From contig OZ024743.1 in the NCBI GenBank assembly GCA_964016885.1, positions 88,846,001 through 88,910,000 of the forward strand: 64,000 nt of DNA, written 5' to 3'. This DNA is from Eledone cirrhosa (lineage: Eukaryota). Below, piece by piece: positions 49,627 through 64,000 of this stretch. A program made the translations under genes and the position numbers. How positions within the stretch are numbered: position 1 is the stretch's first letter; every line of letters begins with the position of its first letter. Under the pieces are notes generated by a model that saw only the letters and a program-made list of their open reading frames with translations, was not told the DNA's origin and ran no database searches.

Positions 49627-51459
49627 CATCATCATCATCATCATCACCGTTTTACATCTGTTCTTCCACGCTAGCATGGGTTAGACGGGTTGTCCTGTTG
49701 TGGGCAGTGTCTGGTCGGCTGACCATGCCTTGCTCATACAGGAACTGATTTGGCTTGATTTCTACAGCTGGATGCCCTTCCTAACACCAACCTCATTTAC
49801 AGTGAGTGCTGGGTGCTTTTTCGTGGCGCCTACACGTCCACTTTACAGTGTGGACTGGGTGCTTTTTTGCTGTGGCACCTCCACGACCACTTTGCAGTGG
49901 GAGGGTGTGGGGGCATATTGTCTATATGCTTCAGCTTGTACCCATGGGAGGTTGGGTACTCTGTATTACTGCGTGACGCCAGAGGTCACGGTCGTGTGTC
50001 ATCGCCTTTGAGAGGTGTAATTGGGTAAGGTCGGCTTTTATCACCTCATCCCAGGTCATCTTGGGTCTCCCCATTCCGCGGTTTCTATCGACTTCTAGTG
50101 CTCTGCACCTTTTTATGCAGCTGTCATCCTTCATACGCATCACATGTCCATACCAACGCATCCACCTCTCCTGCACACAGCATTTGATTCCTCTTATGCT
50201 CAGTCTCTCTCTCAATTCATTTATGGTTTGTCGTTTGCGTATATTACTATTACACATCCATCGGAGCATGCAGCCTTCGTTTCTCTCTAATCTACGTAAG
50301 TCTTCCACCTTCAGCGCCCAGGTCTCACTACCATGCAACATCGCTGTTCGGATACACGCATCATACAGTCTGCCTTTCATTTTGAGGGAGAAGCCTTTTG
50401 CAGCTAGCAGTGGTAGTAGTTCCCTAAACTTCTTCCATCCCGTTCTTACCCTAGTTATTGTACTTTCTGAACACCCACCACCGCTGCTAATTCGGTCACC
50501 TAGGTAGCAGAAGCTGTTTACTGTTTCTACAGAGCCCTCCCAGAGATTGGTGGTACTTGTTTCCTGTGGCTGTTTGCTGCTTGCTGTCCTAGTACAGCTG
50601 CTGCATGTGAAGCCTACATTCTTAATTAAGCTTCCTGAGATCCCGCTACATCTCTTGTGTACCCATTGTTTGCATTTGGGGCAGAGAATGGAGTTCCTAC
50701 CTACACCTTTCCTAGATACTGAGCAAGGCCATTTCCCTGAGGGGATCTGGGTTCTGTCTTCTCGTCTACTTACAAGGACCTTAGTCTTTGTCATGTTGAC
50801 TTTGAGACCCTTTCTTTCTAGTTCCTGCTTCCAAGTTTGGAATATCTTCTCTAGTTCTACCATAGATTCAGCTATAAGTGCGAGGTCATCAGCATACAGG
50901 ATTTCCCATGGGCATCTGGTCTTAAACTTTTCCGTTATTGCCTGTAGGACTATGATGAACAGGAGGGGGCTAAGAACAAAGCCCTGGTGGACCCCAACCT
51001 GTACGCCAAATTCCTCGCTATACTCATTGCTAATCCTAACTTTGCTGACTACTCCCCTATACATGGCTTGTACAGCTTTCACAAGCCATTCATCTACTCC
51101 TAGTTTTCTAAGAGCCCACCAGATTACAGCACGTGGAACTCTGTCAAAGGCTTTCTCAAGATCGACGAATGCCAGGTAGAGTGGCTTACTTTTAGCTAGG
51201 TACTTTTCCTGTAACTGCCTCACAAGGAAGAGGGCATCAGTGGTGCCTCTTCCTGGTACAAACCCAAATTGCATCTCATCTAGTTTCACTCGGTCCCTAA
51301 TCAACTGTGCTATAACTCTTTCGGTTATTTTCATGACCTGGTCCATCAGCTTTATACCTCTATAGTTTCCTCTATCAAGTGCATCATCTTTACCTTTGTA
51401 GCAGTTGACAATGATGCTACTGCACCAATCTTTTGGTATGACACCTTCTAGTATTACCT
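49627..51459 (-). mobile_element. 5'-truncated RTE family C; open RT ORF 49931 to about 51460
   Basis: NYRGIKL, QFGFVPG, AFVDLEKAFD, YADD; candidate TSD ggtat (49622-49626 and 51460-51464). Confidence 0.95.
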
Positions 51460-51498
51460 GGTATGTCAATATTTATTTATAAAACTGCTCTATATTAT

Positions 51499-51562
51499 AT
51501 TTTATCTGATGAAAGCACACCATAATTTTAACTTGGTGTCCTTGAAATATGTATAATGAAAT
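51499..51562 (+). ncRNA. Type-I hammerhead ribozyme (antisense twin at 49437-49500)
   Basis: ATTTTAT-CTGATGA-AAG.ACACCA..TGGTGT.CTT-GAAAT-atgt-ATA-ATGAAAT; 7-bp helix I. Confidence 0.75.
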
Positions 51563-51692
51563 AAATATGGTTTTATAAATATAGTTTCCATTTGTTAATA
51601 TATCGTATTTTTACTCTAATATTTTGTTGAGTGCTTTATATCAGTTATAATAATATTTGCTTGTTGTATCCCAACAATTTAAATTGAACTTC

Positions 51693-51739
<47 letters not shown>

Positions 51740-52189
51740 GTGTACAGATATTTTTGCATACACATATAAACAAAAGTATTTATTTCACGATAAAGTATTG
51801 ATTTTCTTCAAACGGGAAAAAAACCTGGTAATGTACAACAAACTTTTTTTATAAGCACAAAATGTAGACACCGACCCGAGGCCGAGGTATTCCGTACTTC
51901 TCCATACTGTTATTTATATATTCGTGTACAGATATTTTTGCATACACAATAACAAAATATAAACAAACGTATTTATTTCACGAAGCTCGAGAAGGATAAA
52001 TATATATCAAATATATAAGAACCCTAGAGCAAATCACGAGCAACGCCGGGCGATTCTGCTAGTTGAATGTAAAGTTCTTATATCAACCTTAAAATGAGTG
52101 GTTTTATTTCATAGAACCTGAGCCAGTTAACTAAAGGGTTAAGTTACCACACTTGGAAGATAAGATATCTCACTGATAGATGACCTAGA

Positions 52190-52780
52190 TGAAGTGAGGT
52201 CAACCAAAACCACTGAAACATAATATAGCTGTTAGCACAATATCTAATGGTAGATGTCCTTCATCAAGTGGGGCTCAATCAAAACTAATGAACCTAGCAT
52301 TGTTGTTAGTACAATATCTCAGTTGTAGATGTCCTTGACCAAGTGAGGTCAACCCAAACCACTGAACCATAGCATCGTTGTTAGTACAATATCTCAGTTG
52401 TAGATGTCCTTCACCAAGTGAGGTCAACCCAAACCACTGAACCATAGCATTGCTGTTACCAGAAAACATTTGAGGTGGAAATCAACCAAAATCATTGAAC
52501 CATAATATTCTGTGTTAGGGTCAACTATGTGAGGTCAATGAAAATCACTGAACTATAGCAATGTTGTTTGTACAAAACATCTGTGGTAGAAGACCAAGGG
52601 AGATAAACCAGAATTACTGAACCATAGCATTACTCTTAGTACAAATTATCTGTGGCAGAGGTCAACCAAAACCAATGAACCATAACATTGCTGTTTGCAG
52701 AAAACATTTGTGGTATAGGTCTTTGAGCAAGGGAGGTAAATCAGAATCACTGTACCATAGTATTTCTGTTCTGTACAAAA
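52190..52780. repeat. Degenerate tandem repeat, unit about 60-75 bp (gaggtcaacc.aaaccactgaaccatagcat...)
   Basis: Period of 75 between 52341 and 52416. Confidence 0.8.
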
Positions 52781-52790
52781 CATATTTCAA

Positions 52791-53020
52791 CCCTTTCATG
52801 ATTGTATTTCTGATGAAATTCACTCTATTTTAATTAATTAATGAAGAATTTTGAGGAATTTACTAAAATAATTAATTATTTCATTACTAAGATAGTAACG
52901 TAATGTAAGCTTCTTATATAAAATTATGTTGGAAGATTTTAATTTGAATTGGAAACCTTTAAAATGGGTGGTTTTATTTCATAGAACCAGAGCTGGTTTT
53001 GGCCAGGTTGGTAACAAAAG
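52791..53020. mobile_element. Uninterrupted degenerate copy of the TTAA-type MITE
   Basis: Collinear with 45658-45968 plus 52063-52138. Confidence 0.65.
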
Positions 53021-53539
53021 CATTCAGCTCTAAACCAGGACAATTTCAAAACCAAAACACATTCAAATTAGAACATTCCTGGCCAAACTGGGATATATAG
53101 TTATCAAATATTATACACAAATATTTACCTATATTCAACAAACATTTTATAACTTCAAAGAAAATATATATATATATGTTTGTGTATAGAACAATGGAAA
53201 CAAGACAGATGTCAGAGATAGGTAGTTAATTAGTTAATTGTTTTACGATTATTTAGAGGGTTGATTGTGGAAGATCGATGTAGAGATTAGCATGATAGTG
53301 GTTAAGTTACTACCTATTTCTAGTCTCAGAATTCACCTACTACAAAAACTACTGGCCACACCGCCTATTCTCACTGCAACCATTTTTCCAAGGACTCTTG
53401 AGTTCTAACAACATTATCAGCCCCACCGGGTGGAATAACTTCAAAGAGCAGCACTACAGTTAAGATGATACAATCAATAGAACCATCAAAGATATTTATT
53501 ACTGTAAAACAATTGTTGAATAATCTATTATCCTAGTAA

Positions 53540-54890
53540 CATACCTACATATCTACCCACATACCTTCCTCTCTACCTACCTACCAACCTACTTACCTAC
53601 AATTCTACCCACATACCTTCCTCTCTACCTACCTACCAACCTACTTACCTACATATCTACCCACATACCTTCCTCTCTACCTACCTACCAACCTACTTAC
53701 CTACATATCTACCCACATACCTTCCTCTCTACCTACCTACCAACCTACTTACCTACATATCTACCCACTACCTTCCTCTCTACCTACCTACCAACCTACT
53801 TACCTACATATCTACCCACATACCTTCCTCTCTACCTACCTACCAACCTACTTACCTACATATCTACCCACATACCTTTCTCTCTACCTACCTACCAACC
53901 TACTTACCTACATATCTACCCACATACCTTCCTCTCTACCTACCTACCAACCTACTTACCTACATATCTATCCACATACCTTCCTCTCTACCTACCTACC
54001 AACCTACTTACCTACATATCTACCCACATACTTTCCTCTCTACCTACCTACCAACCTACTTACCTACATATCTACCCACATACCTTCCTCTCTACCTACC
54101 TACCAACCTACATACCTACATATCTACCCACATACCTTCCTCTCTACCTACCTACCAACCTACTTACCTACATATCTACCCACATACCTTCCTCTCTACC
54201 TACCTACCAACCTACTTACCTACATATCTACCCACATACCTTCCTCTCTACCTACCTACCAACCTACATACCTACAATTCTACCCACATACCTTCCTCTC
54301 TACCTACCTACCAACCTACATACCTACATATCTACCCACATACTTTCCTCTCTACCTACCTACCAACCTACTTACCTACATATCTACCCACATACCTTCC
54401 TCTCTACCTACCTACCAACCTACTTACCTACATATCTACCCACATACCTTCCTCTCTACCTACCTACCAACCTACTTACCTACATATCTACCCACATACC
54501 TTCCTCTCTACCTACCTACCAACCTACATATCTACCCACATACCTTCCTCTCTACCTACCTACCAACCTACTTACCTACATATCTACCCACATACCTTCC
54601 TCTCTACCTACCTACCAACCTACATACCTACATATCTACCCACATACCTTCCTCTCTACCTACCTACCAACCTACATACCTACATATCTACCCACATACC
54701 TTCCTCTCTACCTACCTACCAACCTACATACCTACATATCTACCCACATACCTTCCTCTCTACCTACCTACCAACCTACATACCTACATATCTACCCACA
54801 TACCTTCCTCTCTACCTACCTACCAACCTACATACCTACATATCTACCCACATACCTTCCTCTCTACCTACCTACCAACCTACTTACTTA
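53540..54890. repeat. 52-bp minisatellite, about 26 units, grading into (CCTA)n
   Basis: Period of 52 between 53649 and 53701. Confidence 0.97.
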
Positions 54891-55356
54891 CCTCTCTACC
54901 CATATATCTACCTATCTATCTGTCCACCTACCTACCTACCTACCTACCTACCTACCTACCTACCTACCTACCTACTTTCCTATTTACTTACCCTACCCTA
55001 CCCTACCCTACCTACACACCTCTCTACCCACATACCTACCTACTTACCCACCCAACCTACCCTTGTTACCCTTGGTTAGAATGAAATGACAAATTCTTTT
55101 GTATTTGAGGTGAATCAGGTTAACTGCAAATTTCTTCTCTATCTTTTGACATTTACTGTTCCAAGACTAAAGTAGTGGTGAGGCAGTTATGGACAGGTAA
55201 ATTGAGGGGTGTGTGTGTGGGGGGGGGGGGGGGGATTGAGGCGGTCATGGACAGGTAGATAAAGTGGGCAGTTACCTAGGAAAATCAGAATGTTATCACT
55301 TAGACCCCCCCACACATACATATATACATACATACATACATACACATAATATCTCT

Positions 55357-55421
<65 letters not shown>

Positions 55422-55440
55422 CATATATATATACATATAC

Positions 55441-55511
<71 letters not shown>

Positions 55512-55728
55512 TTTATATATATACTACATACTAAACCACACAGTCATTTATGAGTTCAGATTATGCACACATAAATCACCAAAAAGTTCACATGTATACA
55601 CACACATACATATGCACATATGTGTATATGTATATGTATATGCATATATATATATATGTATGTATATGCGTTTATATATGTATGAGTTAACCCATGCAAG
55701 CATGTAAAAATGAACATAAAATGGTAAT

Positions 55729-55768
<40 letters not shown>

Positions 55769-56282
55769 TGCTCACACATACACATATACATACATACATA
55801 CATACAAGATACCTGCAATAGCATACACAAACAAATACATACAAACACAAACACAGGTAGAGAGGGTGAGAGGGAGAGAGAGTGAATCAGATAGAAAGAT
55901 AGACATACACAAAGAATTATATTGCACACCCATTAATGTATGTGTAGCATATATAAATATATCTGTTAGTTTATACATACATAACTCTACATACAACGAA
56001 TTAAGTGTATATAATGTTATTGTTCTAAATATACATAAAATAACAATCTTTCTTTGTTGTCTTCCACTGACCTACCTCTAGGCTGTTAATTGCTTTTTCT
56101 TATATCTTTACTATACACAAAATTATCACCTGTCCAGGTATTTCTACTCAGCCGACCACCTTAGTTACTAAATGCACACACAGCTATACATATATATATA
56201 TATATATAGTTGAATTATATTCTGTTAAAGAATGGATGGGACAATTTTCTCCTTGAAGGAACCAGAACTAGTTTTGTAAAAT

Positions 56283-56320
<38 letters not shown>

Positions 56321-56335
56321 AATATATATATAAAC

Positions 56336-56460
56336 GTCAAAACGGCTTGAGCTCTGCCGTCGGGGTCCTGAACATTTTCCTATTACCCACTCAATTACCC
56401 AAAGTATCGAGTACTCTGGTGCGTTATGGTCCACCTAGTTCCTTACCACACTTCCTTCAT
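56336..56460 (+). mobile_element. PLE family alpha 3' fragment retaining hammerhead helix III and GUC
   Basis: aaaa-cggc..gccg-tc-ggggt followed by the family tail. Confidence 0.7.
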
Positions 56461-56499
56461 TATATATATATACATATAGATACACATACGCACGTGCGA

Positions 56500-56539
<40 letters not shown>

Positions 56540-56739
56540 GTGTGTGTTACTTTAGTTCATCATGGTGAGCAAAATTAATTATTCATTCTTAAAAATGTTA
56601 CTACTAGTACCCATTGATAAATACAGCATCAGGTAAGTTATAAGCTATAGTAATTTCATATATTTCTCTGTGTGTGTTATATCTACTCTTTCTTTGTGTA
56701 TGTATGTGTTAATGTGTGTTAATATACACACTGTGGCAG

Positions 56740-57765
56740 GACTTTGAGAAATCGTGGGAGTATTTCAAAGAGGTGTATGTTTTTTTTTGTGGACCTTGAA
56801 AAGGCATATGACTGCGTTTTATGGCACCTGTTATGGAAGGTTCTGCAAGAGTGTAGGATCGATGGTCAGCTTCTTGTTGCCCTGAAGTCTCGATACAAAT
56901 GCCCTCATATTTGTGTTCAGATAAATTGTGCTAAGTTGAAACCATTCAGTGTGGGTGTTGGACCCCACCAAGGATGCATACTGTCACCTTTCCTGTTTAT
57001 AATCTTCATGGACAGGATTGACATGCACAACCAGGTTAGAAGTGATATAAAGACAGGCAGGTGTAGGATCACTCAACTGGAATTTGTAGATGACATTGTA
57101 ATAATTAACTCATCAGTAGTTGATCTCTGACAAGCACTTTGTTTGCTACTGAGTGCTGCATGGCAGGAATGGAAATCAGTGCTGTGAAGACTAAGAGACT
57201 TGTCCTTTCAAGGAAGCCTATGCAGTGCACTTTACATGTAAATGGAGTTCCATTGAAGCAGGTGAAGAAGTTCCAGTGTCTCAAGACCATGTTCACGAGT
57301 GATGGAAGGCAGCAAGCTGAATTAGGTGCAAGAATTGCAGGAGCTGGTGCAGTAATGTACTAGCTTCAACATTCAGTCATCAGAGAAAGGGTGGTAGGTG
57401 TAAAAGCCAAACTCCTATTTTCAATCCAGTATTTGTGTCAACCCTTATGGTCAGGACCAAAAGAATACAATCGAAAATACAAGCTACCACAATGGAGCTG
57501 CACCGAAGGGTCTTTGGAGTGCGAAGTTCAAAGATCAGGAAGTTACTCCTGGTAGAGACACTAATTATCTGAATTAAGAGATCACAGCTCCGTTACTACA
57601 GACATGTGGTTAGAATGTCTCAGGAAAGAATCGCTGGACAGATTTTATGGACAAAACCAACCGACAGGTGTCGGCACACCAAGCAAGATATTTGGATAAC
57701 ATCCTTGAGCTTGGCTGGTCTCTCTTGGGGATCCAGCTGGATCAGTTGGAGATGGTTGCTTCTGA
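56740..57765 (+). mobile_element. Degenerate RTE LINE (Expander-like)
   Basis: FVDLEKAYD, HQGCILSP.LF, FVDD; many stops. Confidence 0.85.
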
Positions 57766-57981
57766 CATATATACTAATATACAAGATATACTAATATTAA
57801 ATAGATCTAACAATATATTCTATCAACCATCACAAATGTTCATCCATTTGAAAAGCTCTCCTGAGCAAAGATGTCTGACCATTTGTCATGAATCTTTTGA
57901 ATTTTATTTTATAAATAATATTTATAGTGTCTAATAAGTCATACATTTAGTTAATTTCTCTCCCTCTCTCTCTCTTTCTCT

Positions 57982-58019
<38 letters not shown>

Positions 58020-58085
58020 GTGTGTGTGTGTTTTATCTCTATTTTCCATGCTTGCATGGTTAGACGTGTTGTCACATTCTGAGTG

Positions 58086-58118
<33 letters not shown>

Positions 58119-58123
58119 ATATG

Positions 58124-58156
<33 letters not shown>

Positions 58157-58236
58157 CACCATGTTTACACTCTACTAATGTATTGAGCACTTTACTAACT
58201 GTGGTTGCCCCCAATTGAACCCGGGACTCACATATA

Positions 58237-58490
58237 TCATCATCATCATCATAGTTAAACGACCGTTTTTGATGCTAGCATGAGTAGGACGGGTTGTCCC
58301 TATTGGAGAGATCAGGTTGGAGGACTGTATTTTTCTTACACAGGACTGATCTTGGCTTGGTTTCTACAGCTAGATGCCCTTCCTAATTCCAACCACATTT
58401 ACAGTGTGTGCTCACGTATATGATCACTTTATCACTTTACAGCGTGGATGAGGCACTTTTTGTCATGTCACCAACCCAACCACTTTACAA
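58237..58490 (-). mobile_element. Degenerate RTE 3' UTR
   Basis: (ATC)n tail, gctagcatg hairpin and gatgcccttccta motif. Confidence 0.75.
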
Positions 58491-58520
58491 TACACACATA
58501 TATATATATATACATACATG

Positions 58521-58580
<60 letters not shown>

Positions 58581-58634
58581 TATACATATATACATAGTGT
58601 AGATATATATACACATATATATATACATATACAT

Positions 58635-58915
58635 ATAACAGGTCCATTCATGTTGACATCTCTTATCTATATATATATATATATATATAGATAAGAGATA
58701 TCAACTTGAAAGGACCTGTTATTTTTATCTAAAGACATTTCTTTCCAAGTCCACCCGCCCGTCCCCTCAATCTATATTAATTTCTCATTCTTTCTTCTGA
58801 TGAAGGACTAGCATCCAAAGCGTTAAGACCCTCTTCCTGCTATATCAAGCGTTAACCTAATATATACCTTCCATATACTGTACTGATTGTGTTGTTATTT
58901 CTGTTTACCTTTTAC
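58635..58915 (+). mobile_element. PLE-like remnant: palindrome 58635-58722 and degenerate hammerhead 58793-58828
   Basis: TCTT-CTGATGA-a-GGA..TCC-aaagcg-TT-AAGA (GAAA box mutated). Confidence 0.55.
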
Positions 58916-58924
58916 ATACATATA

Positions 58925-60815
<1,891 letters not shown>

Positions 60816-60939
60816 TTTATTTTTCAACATAGTCCCTGGGAAGAAACAATGTAGTTATTAATATATATATATATATATATATATAAATACATAAATGAAA
60901 GGTACAGAAAACACTGCAGCGAAAAGCGAACAGCATTCC

Positions 60940-60986
<47 letters not shown>

Positions 60987-60997
60987 GTATATATATA

Positions 60998-61193
60998 CAA
61001 GGGTCAGCTGAAAAGTTCATAGGCTGACCAACATACTCCCATGGAATGACCAAATGAGGTTTATTTTTCAACATAGTCCCTGGGAAGAAACAATGCAGTT
61101 ATTAATAAGAAGAGTTGAAATTAATGCATGCACGATTTCACAACTCTAGCATCACTCTTTCATCATCACCCTATGAACTTTTCAACCGACCCT

Positions 61194-61195
<2 letters not shown>
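60998..61195. mobile_element. Mariner-derived MITE
   Basis: TA|caagggtcagctgaaaagttcatagg and cctatgaacttttcaaccgaccctca imperfect TIRs. Confidence 0.7.
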
Positions 61196-61224
<29 letters not shown>

Positions 61225-62202
61225 ACATATACATATATATATATATATAGTAAATAGATTTCTCTCCCTCTCTCTCTCTCATTTTACATATTTTTTTCAT
61301 TTCCCTTATTTTTTAATTTTCATCATGACCCAACTATTACCCCTCCTCATCCCAGCATCACTACCACCCCTAACGACTCCCCACCCCAACACCAAAATTG
61401 CCATGCCCCCCCATCCACCCCCAACCTATCCCCACCCCCACTACCACCACATTTATAGTGTTTGGTAATCAATATGTTTCCACAGAAAATCAATAGACTG
61501 TCTATTTGTATCCAAATATCTTGTGTATCAATTTGTTGAAATTATGTCCTGAAATGACAGCAGAAGATGGGGAAGGATGGAGGTGGAGAAGGTGGAGTAG
61601 GGAGGAGGGGGGCGGGATGGAGATGAGGAGGAGGGTGGGGAAGGAGGGGGGGGGGCGATGATGGTGATGATGGTGATGAGGAGGAGAGAACAAGGGGAAG
61701 GTGGAGAAGAAGAAGAAGGGAGGGGGAGGAGAGATGATAATGATGATGATGATGATGATGATAATGATCATGATGATGAGAAGAAGAAGAAGAAAGACAT
61801 AGAAGAATGAAGAAGAATGAGGAAGTATGATGTGAGGAGGCAGCGGAGGAGGATGTATCAGTTGAGAAAGACATCAGAGATGTGAGACAGAAGAAGTAGA
61901 AGAATATTGGGGGGAGGGGGGGGGGTATTCTTCCATAATAACTGAAGTGGAATGTCTGTTGGATGTTGGTTGTGAGAGAATTGAGAAGATAGAATGAACA
62001 GATTAGATTGTTGTAGGACATGCAGGCTCCTCCATCGGTTTTAATGAGGTGTGTTACACTTGTTTGATACATGGAACAGCCTACTCATGATATTAACGTG
62101 TAAGTGACTGTCCATTCCACAGATATGTGTACTCTTGACGTAATTTTCAGGGAGATTCAGTATGACACAGTGTGTTCAAAAGCTTTTGAATTACAAATAC
62201 AG

Positions 62203-62512
62203 TTCCTTCATCATCTCCTCTGAGAGTCTAAGTGATATGAGATCAGCTCTCACAACCTCTGCCAAGGTCTTTCTTGGTCTACATCTACTGCGGCTTCCTT
62301 CCACTGGCATTTCCTGCCACTTCTTCACCCATTGATCATCATTTATGTGCATCACATGTCTGTACCAACACAGTCTTCTCTCCTGCACATCACCTCGTAT
62401 TCCTCTTAAACACAGCTTCTCCCTCAACTCGTCCAAGCTCTGCCTTTCCCTCACACATACATTACACATCCAACAGAGCATGGTTGCTTCATTTCTTTCC
62501 AGTCTACTCATA
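62203..62512 (-). mobile_element. Degenerate RTE family A-like fragment; a SINE tail lies at 62085-62200
   Basis: RLERNEATMLCWMC...RRLCWYRHV...RPRKT. Confidence 0.85.
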
Positions 62513-62828
62513 TCCTCAAGGATTAAAACTATTTAATCTTCTTATGAATCATTTCCAATTTCAAATAGTATTTTGTAAGCACCATTTCCAATATTGAACA
62601 GTTGAGATCAGTTAGCTCTTTTGATACCAACCCATCCCCCATCCACAACCACCCCGAGTTATATGATGAAAACTAATTACAGCTGTCACTTGTAATAGAG
62701 TATGACTTGGTAGTATGTACCAAGTTTTTGTTAAGGGGTTTTAGATGCTTGTGCAGTGATGAGCAGACACAGAAACCTTCTAGACCCTTCCACACATGAT
62801 TTAGGGGAATATCCAGAATGTGACTGTT

Positions 62829-62862
<34 letters not shown>

Positions 62863-63354
62863 TTGCATTAGCCACTAGACTTCTTCATTCTTTATCAATC
62901 CTAAAAGGATAAAAGGCAAAATGGACCTCTACAAAATTTGAACTCAGAACACAGATACCAGGCATAAATATCCAATGTTCTAATAACTCTGGTGTAATCG
63001 GCCACCAAAGTTTCTCCTCCTCCTCCTCATCATCCACATCTCCCCTCCTCCTCCTCTCCCCCTTTTCTTCTCCTCCTCATCCGCCTCCATCCTTCCCTAT
63101 CTTCTGCCGTCATTTCAAGACATAATTTCCTGGGAAGGTTTTGGTTAGCAGAGTCCTCAAGCACATCTTCCAGCAGGTCCTAACTGCACCCAATTGATCC
63201 AGCTAGATCCCCAAGCAGTCTACCCTGGGTCTCCTGCCCATTGGTTTTGGCTGTAATTTTATATAAAAATATTATAAGTTATGAAATCAACTTTCCTCAT
63301 CGGATAAATTGCTGGCCTTGTGCCTAAATTAGAACTCATTATTAAATAAAAATA

Positions 63355-63568
63355 AGGGCGGTGGATTAGCAGTTTTGGTAGAACATCGGACACCATGATT
63401 CATAACAGAGTTACGGTCCTTTACATTCTGAGGCCCACCGAGGTTAGCTTTGCCTTTCATCCTTACGGGGTCAATAAAATAAAGTATCAGTTTAGCACTG
63501 GTGTTGATTTAACCGACTTCCCCTCCCCCCAAACTGCTGGCCTTGTGCCTAGAGTAGAAACAACTATT
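63355..63568 (+). mobile_element. Nin-like SINE (degenerate minus-strand copy at about 62855-63005)
   Basis: Reverse complement of the 19612-19828 family. Confidence 0.8.
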
Positions 63569-64000
63569 AAATGAAAATATATGAAAAGATAGATCATTGA
63601 TGTGAGAAACTGAGAGTCAATATCACAGCTTCTAGTTCTTTCTCTACAATATTTATTATAATTCTTCCTGTTTCCATCACATTTATAACCTTATATGGTC
63701 ATTTATACATTTATGAACACTCTATTTACAATGTTTTTTGCTTTGTTTTATTGTTAATATGTTTACTCTCGGGTCCCAGATAATAGGGGTGGGGGTGGGG
63801 GGTGGGGGGTTGAAAAATCAGTAATTTTTCTAGGTTGTCTGTTGATTTAAAAAAAAAAACAGAATTAGACATTTAGTTTACATATTGAGAGACCCAACCC
63901 ATCCTATTTATTTTTTGTGTGGGATTTCTAGCAATGTATTTTTTTTTTGTCATGTACAATGTTTTTTAATGTATAAAAAAAAAATCATTATCGCAGGAAT

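Larger units (their letters stand above)
49391..51695 (+). mobile_element. PLE-like palindrome (left arm 49391-49578; right arm 49583-49626 plus 51460-51608, then tail) split by an RTE insertion
   Basis: Arms are reverse complements once the RTE is removed; hammerhead in both arms. Confidence 0.8.
45969..52062 (+). mobile_element. Non-autonomous Helitron carrying nested elements
   Basis: A|TCTATATTACTAAAA...tgtctgtctg start; gagcaacgccgggcgattctgCTAG|T end; flanks rejoin as an A|T site within the MITE. Confidence 0.75.
45658..52138. mobile_element. TTAA-type MITE split by about 6.3 kb of nested insertions
   Basis: TTAA|CCCCTT start and AAAGGG|TTAA end; the joined halves match the uninterrupted copy at 52791-53020. 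Confidence 0.7.

Noticed and set aside
52805-52830. CTGATGA in the TTAA MITE as a hammerhead
   Set aside because: No helix II or GAAA-NUH arrangement found
53325-53463. Open frame EFTYYKNYWPHRLF... as an exon
   Set aside because: No recognisable homology and only weak splice support
9900-54890. Regular arrays as possible CRISPR
   Set aside because: Units are contiguous with no unique spacers, there are no cas genes, and the context is eukaryotic

Overview
Repeat-dominated, AT-rich eukaryotic (animal) DNA. The mix of tRNA-derived CORE- and Nin-type SINEs, RTE LINEs with (ATG)n tails and very abundant (TA)n suggests an octopod cephalopod (inference, not proven). No host protein-coding gene can be called with confidence; there are only a few weak plus-strand exon candidates, so this is probably intronic or intergenic sequence. 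Contents: about 15 RTE fragments from several families, one nearly intact 5.6-kb L1/Tx1-type retrotransposon inserted in (GATA)n, four non-autonomous Helitrons, TTAA (piggyBac-like), hAT and mariner MITEs, many SINEs and several minisatellite arrays. The most notable pattern is a series of long inverted repeats, mostly in (TA)n tracts. They look like 5'-truncated Penelope-like elements (PLEs) with inverted pseudo-LTRs; one keeps a GIY-YIG C-terminal remnant. They carry at least five sequence-unrelated type-I hammerhead ribozyme folds, including a U3-A8 core variant and a form with a 61-nt helix II. All structures were read and folded by eye, and boundaries of degenerate elements are approximate.
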